The notes: generated from the sequence alone by a model not told the origin. DNA of 64,000 nucleotides from Candidatus Eiseniibacteriota bacterium (GCA_963776245.1 CAVZLN010000003.1:608001-672000); one strand, 5' to 3'. Positions 1-10,313 are shown, counted from the stretch's first letter. Made by a program: numbers and translations.

Positions 1-826
1 CGGCCCAACCCTGTGAGACCGAGTACGACCAGGTGCGCCGGCCCGGGAAGTCCTTGGTCCGCACCTGCACATCCCCTCCGCCGAACTCGCCCGGCCGGTC
101 GGCGGTGTAGGTCTTCTGGATCGTGATGTTCTCGAGCAGGCTGGCCGGGAACAGGTCGAGGGGGACCACGCGCTTGTTCTGTTCGGGGCTCGCGATGCGG
201 ACGCCATCCACCTCGGTCGAGCTGTAGCGCTCGCCGAGCCCGCGGACGAACACGAACTTCCCGCTCGAGACCGTGAGCCCGGTCACCCGCCGCAGCACCT
301 CGGCGGCGTCCCGGTCCGGGGACCGGCGCACCTGCTCGGCGCTGATCGCGTCCCCCACCGTGACGGCTCGCCTGCGCGTGGCAAGGATCGCCCCCTCGGT
401 GTTCTGCCGGGCGCGCGCGTCGACCACGATCTCCGGCTGCTGCAGTGCCTCGGGCGCCAGGCCGGTGTCGAACGGGAGAAGGCGGCCCGCCTCGATGAGG
501 ATCCCCTCGACGCGCTTGCGCGCGTAGGACAAGGCGCGGAGCTCGAGCGCGTACCTGCCGGGCGCGACCTCGATCAGGAACGTGCCGTCCGCGTTCGCCA
601 TCGTGCCCACGGGGCGCAGCGCGGTGTCCGCGGGGATCAGACGGACGTCCGCGAAACCCAGCGGCTCGCCGGTGTCGGTCGCGACGAGGCGGCCCTGGAT
701 CTTCCCGGTCGCGGCGGCGAGCGCGGGGTGGGCGCCGGGAACAACGAGGAGGGCGAAGGCGATACCGATCGCCCACGCGCACCGGAAAGCGGGATTCCTG
801 TGCGTCGATCCCATCGTGCGATACAT
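1..826 (-). CDS. TonB-dependent receptor, N-terminal part (runs off window)
   Basis: Not in the ORF track; my translation from ATG 826 (GGAGGA upstream) gives a signal peptide, a carboxypeptidase-regulatory-like domain (GKIQGRLV...TGEPLGFADV) and plug motifs (DAAEVLRRVTG, VFVRGLGERYS, VPLDLFPASLLENITIQKT). Confidence 0.9.
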   Translation of the reverse strand, partial: MYRTMGSTHRNPAFRCAWAIGIAFALLVVPGAHPALAAATGKIQGRLVATDTGEPLGFADVRLIPADTALRPVGTMANADGTFLIEVAPGRYALELRALSYARKRVEGILIEAGRLLPFDTGLAPEALQQPEIVVDARARQNTEGAILATRRRAVTVGDAISAEQVRRSPDRDAAEVLRRVTGLTVSSGKFVFVRGLGERYSSTEVDGVRIASPEQNKRVVPLDLFPASLLENITIQKTYTADRPGEFGGGDVQVRTKDFPGRRTWSYSVSQGWA

Positions 827-946
827 CCGTTCATCCTCCGGGGAAGGGAAGGTGCAAGGGTTCACCCGGTTGCGTCGGGGACCTCCTCCGTGCCGGGGCC
901 GGACCGCGGCGTCGCCGCGACCGGCCCGGCTCGGAGCGTTGCGATG

Positions 947-2695
947 TCAATTCACACGGACGATCTTGCCCGTGGCCGAGACCCCTGCGGTGAGCACCTT
1001 GTAGAAGTACACGCCGCCCGGGGTGTCGCGATCCACGTCCCAGGTCAGCGAATGCGGCCCGGCCGGCAGCTCGCCTGGCTCCAGCGCCGCCACGCGGCGG
1101 CCCGACGCGCTGAAGATCTCGACCCGGACCTTCCCCGCCTTCGGAAGCGTGAAGTCGAATCGCGCGCGGTCGTGGAACGGGTTCGGCGCACTGCTCGCGA
1201 CGAACACGTTGCCGGTCGCGACGGGTGCCGACGCCAGGTTGCAGAACAGCGACGGCGCGGCGGGCGGCGCGGCGCAGTGCGCCTCGAACGTCGCGTTGTC
1301 GTCGATTTTGAGCGCCGCGGTCTTGAAGCTGTAGACGATCGAGTTCAGCAGTTGACCCGCGGTGCCGCGACGCCAGTTGACGCCCGAGGTCGGCCCCGGA
1401 AACGTCGGGCCGACGCGCTTGTCGCCGACCATCGTGAGGTTCGCGACCGTCGGGTTGGAGCGCCCCGAACACACGGTGGCGTTGAAGTCGAACTCGTTGT
1501 TGTCGGCCTCGATGCCCTTGTCCCCGTTCTGGGTTCCCGAAGGCGCGAATCGCGGGCTCTGGCGCACGATCACGAACTGCGAACGGCCGGTGTAGCCCAT
1601 CTGCCAATCGTAGCCGTCGTCGGTGCCGTCGATGCCGATCAGGTACTTGGTGTCCATCGCGCCGCCGAACCACTCGAACGAGTCGTCCGCGCCACGGAAG
1701 GCCTCCAGGTGGTCGGCCCGAGTGCCGCGGCCGACCGCGCAGAACGTGAACGAGTTCAGCTCGTTGTTCGGCGTGATCTCGCGTCCCGAGAACTCGACCC
1801 GCACGTAGGCGATGGCGCCCGAGTTGTCGTTGTCGTCGCCGCCCCCGTAGTAGCCCACCAGGCCGCCCTCGGTCGCGGCGGAATCTCCGGCACACGAATT
1901 GGCAAGATTGGTCTTGGCGCGGCCGTTGATGATGAGGCCGCCGCCCGCCCCGGTCGCCATCGAGCCCGGCGTGTCATCGCCGGTGATGATGATCGGCTGC
2001 GTCGGGGTACCGACGGCGAAGATCTGGGCGCCGCGCTCGATGATGATGGTGCCCACCGTCGCGCGCTCCTCGAACACCACCACCCCCGCCGGGATGGTGA
2101 GGGCCGCCGGGCTCTTCACGCGCAGCTGCCCGCGGATGAGGTAGTTGCTGTCCGCCGCCCAGGTCTGGCTCGCGTACAGGTTGATGTTGTCGTAGATCGC
2201 CAGTGGGCGCGGATTCGGCATGCCCACGAGGTGCAGGTCCGTGCGGCTTGCGCCGGTCGAATCGTAGACGGTCCAGCCCTGCGTCCAGTCCTCGGCCGGG
2301 TCCGGCGATAGCGCGCCCGCGTAGCACGTCTGCTGGAAGAAGCCGTCGTTGGGGAGTGTCACCGCGTGCCCGTAGGCCGGGCTGCCGAGCGCGGGGCGGA
2401 AATCGGGCACCACGTTCGCCTGATACATGGCGTTCGGAAGCAGCGGGTCGGCATAGCGGTTGTCGGTGAAGGTCACCGTGCCGAGGTCGGCGGCCGTGAA
2501 CGGCAGCGCGCAGGTCGGTCCGGTCGCCGAGCCGACGAACTGGCCGCGGAACGTGCCGGTGGCGTTGTTGTTGAAGACGACATTGCCGTCGAAGACCAAC
2601 TGCGCGGCGGCGGCGCCGGCGGTCAGGGCGAGCAATCCGAGTGCGGCCAGGCCGCGGCGCAGGATCGAGAGTCCGTCGTGGTGCGTGAATCGCAT
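947..2695 (-). CDS. Secreted beta-helix-like surface protein with C-terminal FlgD-Ig/T9SS-type sorting domain
   Basis: ATG 2695 with GGGAGG RBS; signal peptide; DNSGAIAYVRVEFSG / DDSFEWFGG / DDGYDWQMGY / GIEADNN motifs; C-terminus SAPNPF...GVYFYKV...KIVRVN. Confidence 0.8.
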   Translation of the reverse strand: MRFTHHDGLSILRRGLAALGLLALTAGAAAAQLVFDGNVVFNNNATGTFRGQFVGSATGPTCALPFTAADLGTVTFTDNRYADPLLPNAMYQANVVPDFRPALGSPAYGHAVTLPNDGFFQQTCYAGALSPDPAEDWTQGWTVYDSTGASRTDLHLVGMPNPRPLAIYDNINLYASQTWAADSNYLIRGQLRVKSPAALTIPAGVVVFEERATVGTIIIERGAQIFAVGTPTQPIIITGDDTPGSMATGAGGGLIINGRAKTNLANSCAGDSAATEGGLVGYYGGGDDNDNSGAIAYVRVEFSGREITPNNELNSFTFCAVGRGTRADHLEAFRGADDSFEWFGGAMDTKYLIGIDGTDDGYDWQMGYTGRSQFVIVRQSPRFAPSGTQNGDKGIEADNNEFDFNATVCSGRSNPTVANLTMVGDKRVGPTFPGPTSGVNWRRGTAGQLLNSIVYSFKTAALKIDDNATFEAHCAAPPAAPSLFCNLASAPVATGNVFVASSAPNPFHDRARFDFTLPKAGKVRVEIFSASGRRVAALEPGELPAGPHSLTWDVDRDTPGGVYFYKVLTAGVSATGKIVRVN

Positions 2696-2926
2696 GGTGC
2701 CTCCCGGGCTGGGCGAGTGGTCGAGTGGACGAGGCGGGCGGACGGGTCCCGGAACGGCCGGAGTTCGCGCGTCAGGGAGCCAGCCTGAGCGCGCGATCCG
2801 GACCACTCCAAGCAGGTTGGGGAGCGGCGTTGCCGAGCGGATGTGACCTTGCTCGCGGCAGCCGATGACGACGCACCTTCCCAGCGACGGCGACCCTTTT
2901 GCCGCGGCCGCTCCCCGGCGATGCGC

Positions 2927-2981
2927 ACGCTATCCCGCGCCCGGGCGCGGGCACGTGAACGCGATGTCACGCGGCGGTAAA
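2927..2981 (-). promoter_or_regulatory. Putative Pho-box promoter for the secreted protein/TonB receptor locus
   Basis: 11-bp-periodic pentamers TTTAC/GTGAC/TTCAC (2981-2955) followed by -10 TAGCGT (2932-2927). Confidence 0.5.
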
Positions 2982-3035
2982 AGACGAGCGCCCCCGCGTG
3001 AACGGACGCGGGGGCGCTGGCGAGCGGCGCGGCCG

Positions 3036-4814
3036 TCAGGCGTGCACGGGCGCGGCCACACCGTCGCGCGGGATCTCGAATCGGAACACGCTGCCCGCGC
3101 CGGGCGCGCTGGTCACCGACACCTCGCCGCCGTGGAGCGTGACGATGTGCTTCACGATCGAGAGCCCGAGCCCGGTGCCGCCCTGATCGCGCGAGCGCGC
3201 CTTGTCGACCCGATAGAAGCGCTCGAAGATGCGCGGCTGGTCGTCCCCGGGGATGCCACAGCCGGTGTCCCGCACCTCGCACCACGCGCGCGGCTCGTCG
3301 CCGCCGAGGACCACCCGCACCTCGCCATGCTCGGTGTACTTGAGCGCGTTGTCGAGCAGGTTGGCGAGCACCTGCTCGAGCCGCGCGCGGTCGGCGACGA
3401 CCGGCTGCGCCCCGCCGGGCTCGAGCGCCAGCGTCAGACCGCCCTGCTCGGCGCGACGGCGGAAGGCGGTCAGCTGCGCCGCCGCCAGCTCCCGCAGGTC
3501 GAACCGCTCGGTCCGCAGCCGCGTGCCGGGCCGCTCGAGCTCGGCGAGCGAGAGCAGGTCCTCGACCAGCGCCTCGAGCCTCACCGCCTGATCGCGCATC
3601 ACGCGCACGAAGCCCTCGCGGTTCGCGGCGTCCTCGAGCCCGCCGTCCAACAGCGTCTCAGCGTAGCCGCGCAGCGAGGTGAGCGGGGTGCGCAGCTCGT
3701 GCGAGACGTTAGCGACGAAGTCCTGGCGCACGCGGTCGAGCCGCTCCACCTCGGTGAGGTCGTGCACCACCAGGAGCACCGGCGCGCGGCCCGGTCCGCC
3801 GAGCGGGGTGACCGTGGCGCGCAGCGAACGCTGGCCCGGCGACCACAGGCGGACGTCGCGCTCCACCGTGCGGCCGGCGGCGCGCGCGGCGTGGAGCAGG
3901 TCGTCCAGCTCGGGCGCGCGCGCGAACTCCGACAGCGGCATCGCCCCGGGCGGCGGCAGCGGAGCGCCCAGCAGCGTGGCGAGCGCGTGGTTCATGTGCA
4001 CCACCCGGCCGTCGCCATCGATCAGCGCCACGCCGTCGGTCATGTGCGCCAGGATGCGCTCGCGCTCGTCGCGCTCGCTCTCGAGCGCCTCCAGCCGCGC
4101 GTGCAGGACGCCCGCGGTCTGATTGAGCGCGGCGCCGAGCCGGCCCAGTTCGTCGGCGGGCTGCTCGAGCGCCCGCGCCGCCGCCTCGCCGGCCCCGATC
4201 GCGTGCGCCACCGACTCCAGCGCGCGCACGCGCTCGGACTGCTGGTGGGCGAACCGGAACACCACGGCGAGTGCCACCAGCAGCGTGGCGCCCGCGGCCA
4301 GCACCAGCAGGCCGAGCAGTGCTGTGGTGAGGCGGGTGAGGTCGGCGAGCGGCTCGGCCACGCGCACCACCGCGACCGCGCCGGCACGGGCCGGGAACGC
4401 GACGTAGAGCAGGTCGGCCCCGAGCGTGGCGCTGTGCCGCACGGACACCCCCTCGCGACCCTGAAGGGCGGCGCGGACCTCGGGCCGGCCGGCGTGATTG
4501 TCGAGCGCAGCGAGTTGCGCCGAGGTCAGCGCGGCGTCCCCGAGCACCCGCCCGGTCGCGTCGATCAGCGTCACCCGGCAGGCGAGCGCCCGGCCCATCT
4601 CGGTCGAGAACGCCGGCCAGTCGGCGGCCAGCGCGAGCGGGTCGCGGTGAAGCTCGCGCCCGATGATGCGCGCCGAGCGCTCCAGCGCCTGAGTGCTCAG
4701 GCGCATCATCCAGTGGCGCTGCTCGCGCACCGCCACCAGCGTGACCACCGCGAGCGCGAGCGCGAGCACGAGCCCGAAGGCGAGGAACAGCCGGGTGCGG
4801 ATGGGGAGCGCCAT
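3036..4814 (-). CDS. phoR: PhoR-like sensor histidine kinase (TM, HAMP, PAS, HisKA, HATPase)
   Basis: DFVANVSHELRTPLTSLRGYAETL, NLLDNALKY, RIFERFYRVDKARSR, GTGLGL. Confidence 0.85.
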   Translation of the reverse strand: MALPIRTRLFLAFGLVLALALAVVTLVAVREQRHWMMRLSTQALERSARIIGRELHRDPLALAADWPAFSTEMGRALACRVTLIDATGRVLGDAALTSAQLAALDNHAGRPEVRAALQGREGVSVRHSATLGADLLYVAFPARAGAVAVVRVAEPLADLTRLTTALLGLLVLAAGATLLVALAVVFRFAHQQSERVRALESVAHAIGAGEAAARALEQPADELGRLGAALNQTAGVLHARLEALESERDERERILAHMTDGVALIDGDGRVVHMNHALATLLGAPLPPPGAMPLSEFARAPELDDLLHAARAAGRTVERDVRLWSPGQRSLRATVTPLGGPGRAPVLLVVHDLTEVERLDRVRQDFVANVSHELRTPLTSLRGYAETLLDGGLEDAANREGFVRVMRDQAVRLEALVEDLLSLAELERPGTRLRTERFDLRELAAAQLTAFRRRAEQGGLTLALEPGGAQPVVADRARLEQVLANLLDNALKYTEHGEVRVVLGGDEPRAWCEVRDTGCGIPGDDQPRIFERFYRVDKARSRDQGGTGLGLSIVKHIVTLHGGEVSVTSAPGAGSVFRFEIPRDGVAAPVHA

Positions 4815-4833
4815 GGTCGGCCGTCGCGGCGGG

Positions 4834-5532
4834 TCAGCGCCCGGGAGTCCCGGCCGGAGCGACGAGCTTGTAGCCCGCCCCGGTCACGGTCTCGATCAGA
4901 TGACGCTCGTCGCCGAGCTTGGCGCGCAGTCGGCGGACATGGACGTCGACCGTGCGGGTCTCGCCGACGTAGTCGTAGCCCCACACCTTCCGGAGCAACT
5001 CCTCGCGCGAGAACACGCGCCCCGGATGGCGCGCGAGGAAGGCGAGCAGTTCGAACTCGCGCGGCGTGAACTCGAGCATGCGTCCGTCGAGGGCGATCGA
5101 GTGCGCCAGCGCGTCCACCCGCAGCCCTCCGACCTCGACCACCCCGCCCTCCCGCGCCGGCCGCGCCCGGCGCAGCAGCGCCTGCACGCGCGCCACCAGC
5201 TCGCGCGGGCTGAACGGCTTCGTCATGTAGTCGTCGGCGCCGCGCTCGAAGCCGAGCAGCTTGTCCATCTCGGCGCCGCGCGCGGTCAGCACCACGACCG
5301 GAAGGTCACGGGTGGCCGGCTCCTCGCGCACCTCGCTCAGGATCTCGAACCCATTCCGCCCGGGCAGCATGAGATCGAGCACCAGCGCGTCGGGGCGCGA
5401 GGCGAACAGCCGCTCGAGCGCCGTCTCGCCATCGCCGAACGCGGCCACGCGGAACCCCACGCGCTCGAGGTTGTACTTGAGCAGATCGCGGATCTCCTTC
5501 TCGTCCTCGACCACCATCACCAGGTCCGCCAT
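4834..5532 (-). CDS. phoB: PhoB/PhoP-like OmpR-family response regulator
   Basis: MADLVMVVEDE...LDLMLPG...GADDYMTKPFSPREL...TRTVDVHVRRLRAKL; directly upstream of phoR. Confidence 0.85.
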   Translation of the reverse strand: MADLVMVVEDEKEIRDLLKYNLERVGFRVAAFGDGETALERLFASRPDALVLDLMLPGRNGFEILSEVREEPATRDLPVVVLTARGAEMDKLLGFERGADDYMTKPFSPRELVARVQALLRRARPAREGGVVEVGGLRVDALAHSIALDGRMLEFTPREFELLAFLARHPGRVFSREELLRKVWGYDYVGETRTVDVHVRRLRAKLGDERHLIETVTGAGYKLVAPAGTPGR

Positions 5533-5555
5533 CCGGGGCCTCCGTTCGCGGAGCG

Positions 5556-5610
5556 ATGCTACGCGCCACCCGCGGCCGGGGCAATGCCCGCGGTGTTTCC
5601 GGGTTGTGAC
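5556..5610 (-). promoter_or_regulatory. sigma70 promoter of phoB with overlapping Pho-box-like repeats
   Basis: TTGCCC(5584-5579)-N17-TAGCAT(5561-5556); GTCAC/GAAAC/GGCAT at 11-bp period (5610-5584). Confidence 0.55.
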
Positions 5611-5716
5611 ATCGGCGATCGAGAGGCTAGATTGCGGGCGGACCCGCGTCCCTGAACGCGTCCGCCCGCCACCTGCGGGTCCGGCCGCGACCCACGCCGT
5701 CCCGGGAAGGCTGCAC

Positions 5717-7417
5717 ATGACCGATACCCGCCCGACGCCGCGCTGGCTGCCCCTGCTGGTCGTCGCGGCGCTGCTCGCGCTCGCCGCGCTGTCGCATGGG
5801 CCCGAGCACGTGCTCCAGCTGGCGCGGTCCTCGGGCTGGCGCGGCCACGGCATGCGCGAGCTGCCCGCGGCCGCCGGCTGGTCGGTGTTCCGCATGGCCT
5901 CCTCGATGGTGGTGTCGCTGGTGTTCGCCTGGATCGTGGGCTACCGGGCGGCCATGGACCCGCGCGCCGCGCGCGTGCTGCTGCCGCTGCTCGACGTCGG
6001 ACAGTCGGTGCCGGTGCTGGGGTTCTTCCCGGCCGCCATCTTCGTGTTCATCTCGCTGTTCGGCGGCGGCCGCGCGGCGCTCGAGATGGCGTCCATCTTC
6101 CTCATCTTCACCAGCCAGGCCTGGAACATGGCGTTCGCGGTGTACGAGGGGCTCTCGACCATCCCCCACGAGACCCGTGCCGCGGTCGACAGCCTCGGGG
6201 TGCGCGGCGTGCTGAGACTGCGCTCGCTGCTCATGCCCGCGTGCGTCTCGCCGCTGCTCTTCAACACCATCCTGTCGTGGACCAATGGCTGGTACTTCCT
6301 CATCGCCTGCGAGATCATCGTCGCGGGCCGCGCCCAGTACGAGCTGCCGGGGCTCGGCAGCATGCTCTCACGCTCGCTCGCCAGCGGTGACATCCGGCTG
6401 GCGGTGGCGGCGCTGCTCACCCTCGTCCTCATCGTGGTGGTGCTCGAGACGCTGGTGTGGCGTCCGCTGCGCGCCTGGGCCGCGCGCTTCCGTTACGAGG
6501 GGATGCGTTCCGCGGGCGAGGAGGAGACCGCTCCGGTGCTGGTGAGCGTCGGCCTGCCCCTGCTGGTGCGCCCGCTCCGCATGCTCGCGGCGTGGGTGTG
6601 GCGGCGCGTGCCCGTGCCGCGCGTGAACGCCTGGCTGCCGGCGGCCGGGCGGGCCGCCGGCAGCGCCTGGAGATGGCTGCGCTGGCCGCTCGGGCTCGCG
6701 CTCGCGGTCGGCAGCGTGCTGGCCACGATCGCCACCGTGCGAGCGCTCGCTCCCCCGTGGCCGCCGGAAGCGGCGAGCGTCCCCCTGGCGCTGCTGTTCT
6801 CGTTCCTGCGCATCAACGCGGCCTACGTGCTCGCACTGATGTGGATCCTCCCGGTGGTGCTGTGGGCCAGCGACCACCCGCGCGGGGCGCGCAGCCTGTC
6901 GATGCTGGCGCAGGTGGGCGCGTCCATCCCCGCCACGGCGTTCTTCCCGCTGCTGGTGGCGCTGTTCGTCCAGCGCTTCGGCGGCATGGAGCTCATCTCG
7001 GTCGCGCTGGCGCTCACGGGCATGCAGTGGTATCTGCTCTTCAACCTGCTCGCCGGCGTGCAGCGCGTGCCCGGGGACCTGCGCGAGTCCATGCGCGCCC
7101 TCGGCCTCTCGCGCTGGGAGATCCACCGGCGGCTGGTGCTGCCGGCGTGCATGCCGTCGCTGGTCACCGGCAGCGTGGTGGCCTGGGGCGGCACCTGGAA
7201 CGCACTCATCCTCTCGGAGTACGTCGTCTACAAGGAGCACACGTACTCCGTGCTGGGGGTGGGCGCGCTGCTGAACCGGGCGACCTTCGTGACCGGCAGC
7301 CGCTCGCTGCTGTTCCTGTCGCTCGCGGCGCTGGTCGTCACGGTGGTGTCTTTCAACCACTTCGTCTGGCGCCGGCTGTACGACCACGTCACCGTCCGTT
7401 ACCGGCTGGAGGGCTGA
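5717..7417 (+). CDS. NitT/TauT-family ABC transporter permease (two fused TM domains)
   Basis: LDVGQSVPVLGFFP, IFTSQAWNMAF, GMQWYLLFN, WGGTWNALILSE. Confidence 0.85.
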   Translation: MTDTRPTPRWLPLLVVAALLALAALSHGPEHVLQLARSSGWRGHGMRELPAAAGWSVFRMASSMVVSLVFAWIVGYRAAMDPRAARVLLPLLDVGQSVPVLGFFPAAIFVFISLFGGGRAALEMASIFLIFTSQAWNMAFAVYEGLSTIPHETRAAVDSLGVRGVLRLRSLLMPACVSPLLFNTILSWTNGWYFLIACEIIVAGRAQYELPGLGSMLSRSLASGDIRLAVAALLTLVLIVVVLETLVWRPLRAWAARFRYEGMRSAGEEETAPVLVSVGLPLLVRPLRMLAAWVWRRVPVPRVNAWLPAAGRAAGSAWRWLRWPLGLALAVGSVLATIATVRALAPPWPPEAASVPLALLFSFLRINAAYVLALMWILPVVLWASDHPRGARSLSMLAQVGASIPATAFFPLLVALFVQRFGGMELISVALALTGMQWYLLFNLLAGVQRVPGDLRESMRALGLSRWEIHRRLVLPACMPSLVTGSVVAWGGTWNALILSEYVVYKEHTYSVLGVGALLNRATFVTGSRSLLFLSLAALVVTVVSFNHFVWRRLYDHVTVRYRLEG

Positions 7418-7420
7418 GCG

Positions 7421-8164
7421 GTGCTCGAGCTCAGGCACGTCACGCGCACGTTCGTCGACCGGGGCCGGGAGATCCCGGCGGTCGAGGACGTGAGCCTGCA
7501 GGTGCCCGACCGCCAGTTCCTGTGCATCGTGGGGCCCTCGGGGAGCGGGAAGTCCACCCTGTTGCGCCTGATGATGGGCCTCCTCCCGGCGACGCGCGGC
7601 GACGTGCTCTACGCGGGCAAGGTGCTGGCGGGGGTGAATCTGCACGCGGCGATGGTGTTCCAGTCGTTCGCGCTGCTCCCGTGGCTGACCGTGCAGGGCA
7701 ACGTCGAGCTCGGCCTCAAGGCCCGCGACCTGCCCGAGGACGCGGTGCGGCGCCGCGCCGCGCATTACCTCGACAAGGTCGGGCTCGACGGCTACGAGGA
7801 GGCGTACCCGCGGGAACTCTCGGGCGGCATGAAGCAGCGCGCCGGGCTGGCGCGCGCGCTCGCCGTCGAGCCCGACCTGTTGTTCATGGACGAGCCCTTC
7901 GCCGGACTCGACGCCCTGACCTCCGCCAACCTGCGCGAGGAGGTGCTCACGCTGTGGGCCGACCAGGCGCTGCCGGTGAACACCGTGGTGATGGTGACGC
8001 ACATCATCGAGGAGGCGGTGCTGATGGCCGACCGCGTCGTCGTGCTCACCCCCCACCCGGGTCGCATCGCCGCCGACGTGAGCATCCCGCTCGAGCGCCC
8101 GCGCAACAAGCGCGACCCGGGATTCGACCAGGTGGTGGACTCGATCTTCGAGAAGATCGTCTGA
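7421..8164 (+). CDS. NitT/TauT-family ABC ATP-binding protein
   Basis: [23 protein letters not shown]. Confidence 0.9.
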   Translation: MLELRHVTRTFVDRGREIPAVEDVSLQVPDRQFLCIVGPSGSGKSTLLRLMMGLLPATRGDVLYAGKVLAGVNLHAAMVFQSFALLPWLTVQGNVELGLKARDLPEDAVRRRAAHYLDKVGLDGYEEAYPRELSGGMKQRAGLARALAVEPDLLFMDEPFAGLDALTSANLREEVLTLWADQALPVNTVVMVTHIIEEAVLMADRVVVLTPHPGRIAADVSIPLERPRNKRDPGFDQVVDSIFEKIV

Positions 8165-8174
8165 GCGCGCCGCG

Positions 8175-9068
8175 ATGACGCTCTCCCGCGATGTGGGCGC
8201 CGTGGCGGTCGAGCGGCTCGGCCCCGCCGACCTCGTCGAGTCGTTCGGATTCCTGGACCAGGATCCGGTGCTGAACGTGTACGTGCTGGCCCTGCTGCTC
8301 CGCGACGGCCTGCGCACCTCGCGCGACGAGTACTGGGCGGCGCGCCGCGCCGGGAACCTCGTCGCCCTGCTCCACCTCGGCGGGCAGACCGGCGCGGTGC
8401 TGCCGGTGGGCGACGACGGCCCGGCCCTGGCCGCGCTGGCCGAGCGCCTCGTGGACCGCCGCTCGTTCGTGCCGCGGCGATTCCAGGTCATCGGTCCCCG
8501 CGAGGCCGTGGCCCGTTTCGCCGACCGGCTGCGGCGCGCCGGCATGGCCCCGCGACTCCACCGGAGCCAGCTCTACATGTCGCTGCAACCTCGCGATCTC
8601 CCTTCCTTCGCGCGCCTCCCCGAGCTGCGCGAGGCGCGGCCCGAGGACTACTCGATGGTGTACGACAGCGGCGCCGCGCTGCGGGCCGAGGAGCTCGAGG
8701 AGGATCCCCGCGAGGCCGACCCGCTGGGGTACACGCGACGGGTCGAGGAGGAATGCCGGGATGGTTACACGCGGGTCTGGATCGACGAGGCCGGGCTGTG
8801 CTTCCGCGCCAGCGTGAGCGCCCGCACCGCCGACGCGGCGCAGATCTCGGGGGTCTACGTTCCCCCGCAGCGGCGCGGCGCCGGCCTGGCGCGGCGCGGG
8901 ATGTCCGAGCTGTGCGCGCGCCTGCTCGAGCATTCGCGCGCCGCGTGCCTGTTCGTGAACGACTTCAACGCGCCGGCCATCGCGGTGTACCGGCGCATCG
9001 GGTTCCGGGACCACGCGGACTGGGCTTCGGCGTTCTACGGCCCCGCGGCCCCGGCAGGCGGGGCTTGA
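8175..9068 (+). CDS. GNAT acetyltransferase (DUF4081-like N-terminus)
   Basis: QISGVYVPPQRRGAGLA...LFVNDFNAPAIAVYRRIGF. Confidence 0.8.
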   Translation: MTLSRDVGAVAVERLGPADLVESFGFLDQDPVLNVYVLALLLRDGLRTSRDEYWAARRAGNLVALLHLGGQTGAVLPVGDDGPALAALAERLVDRRSFVPRRFQVIGPREAVARFADRLRRAGMAPRLHRSQLYMSLQPRDLPSFARLPELREARPEDYSMVYDSGAALRAEELEEDPREADPLGYTRRVEEECRDGYTRVWIDEAGLCFRASVSARTADAAQISGVYVPPQRRGAGLARRGMSELCARLLEHSRAACLFVNDFNAPAIAVYRRIGFRDHADWASAFYGPAAPAGGA

Positions 9069-9142
9069 CCCGCGCGCCGGGCTTCTGCGACGGTCGCGGC
9101 CGCGCAGTTCCTCGATCGCTCCATCCGAGACGGAGGCTTCAC

Positions 9143-9784
9143 ATGCGGATCCTGGGAGTGGCCACGGTGGCCGCCGCGGTGCTGCTCGGCGCGGCGCTCG
9201 AAGCGCGCGCGCAGGTGTTCGGCCAGCACATCGGCGCCGAGGTCGTGCCCGTGAACGGCCACCTGTTCGGCGGCTACATCGACGCGAGCGACAACCTGGT
9301 GGGGCTCGCCGCGCAATTGCGCCTGAGCTTCTACCCCAACGTGGACTTCGGATTCCACGGCGGCCTCGGCCGCGTCTCGTATCCCCGGCATTCCGATCGC
9401 GCCGTGCTGAGCCTTGGGACCGACTTCCGATTCGCGGTCGCCAAGGCGGGCGAGCGCTCCTCGTTCGACATGGCGGTCGGCGGCGCTCTCGGCGTGGAGT
9501 CCGGCGACCAGCACCAGGCCATCTCGCTCGGACCCACCCTGGTCGCGAGCCGGGCCTTCGGCACCCCAGCACGGGGCGCGGCGCCGTTCGTCGGCGTCGG
9601 GCTTCGATTCTCGAACTCCGAGGTGAACGACCTGCGCTCGAACAGCCTCACGGTGCCGGTGCGCGGCGGGGTCGAGTGGCGCGTCGCGGCCGATGTGCGC
9701 ATCACCGCCGAGCTCCAGTCGCGCCTCGGTCACGATCTCCACGACGCCTTCGCGTTCTCGATGGGAGTCAATCTGCCATTCTGA
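9143..9784 (+). CDS. Small outer-membrane beta-barrel protein
   Basis: GGAGG RBS, signal peptide, alternating beta-strand pattern, terminal Phe (GVNLPF). Confidence 0.7.
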   Translation: MRILGVATVAAAVLLGAALEARAQVFGQHIGAEVVPVNGHLFGGYIDASDNLVGLAAQLRLSFYPNVDFGFHGGLGRVSYPRHSDRAVLSLGTDFRFAVAKAGERSSFDMAVGGALGVESGDQHQAISLGPTLVASRAFGTPARGAAPFVGVGLRFSNSEVNDLRSNSLTVPVRGGVEWRVAADVRITAELQSRLGHDLHDAFAFSMGVNLPF

Positions 9785-9927
9785 GGTCCGGCCGACCGGA
9801 GATCGTCAGTCCACACCGGTGAATGGCGGTCGACGCGACCCTGAACACGCGGGCAGGCGCCACTGGTGGGCTTCAATCCATTGCAGTTATTTGTGTTGGG
9901 CGGTTACCACGAGTCCCAGAATCGGGC

Positions 9928-9956
9928 TTGTCAGCCCTGCAGGCCGGTGCTAGCCT
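9928..9956 (+). promoter_or_regulatory. Putative dnaA promoter
   Basis: TTGTCA-N17-TAGCCT with extended TG. Confidence 0.55.
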
Positions 9957-10099
9957 ACCGCTCCCCCGCAGACGGCCGCCCCTGGCGGTCCGCCCGGCGG
10001 GGCCAAGGCCGACCAACCAAAGACTTTTGTCGCAACGTTTTAAGTCTGACTCGCGAAGCCGCGCGCGGGCCTCGGACCGTGTGTCGCTTCGATCTGCGG

Positions 10100-10290
10100 G
10101 GCGGTTTGTGGAAACGGTGTGGAAGGAAGGAGCTTAGACGCGGGCCAAGCCATTGTCTGATATGGCCTTGTACCCGACCACACGGATGTTGATAAGTCGC
10201 CTCTCGGATATCCACACTCGTCTCCCCCACAAGGCCACCGACTGCAGCCGAAAGGTCCTTCGCGGTCGCACCTCGTGTGGAACAGCAGCG
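10100..10290. promoter_or_regulatory. DnaA-box cluster upstream of dnaA (oriC part 1 / autoregulation)
   Basis: Near-consensus boxes TGTGGAAAC, TGTGGAAGG, TGTTGATAA, ATATCCACA, TGTGGAACA in a locally AT-richer spacer. Confidence 0.65.
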
Positions 10291-10313
10291 ACCTTTCAGC
10301 AAGGACCGTTGAA

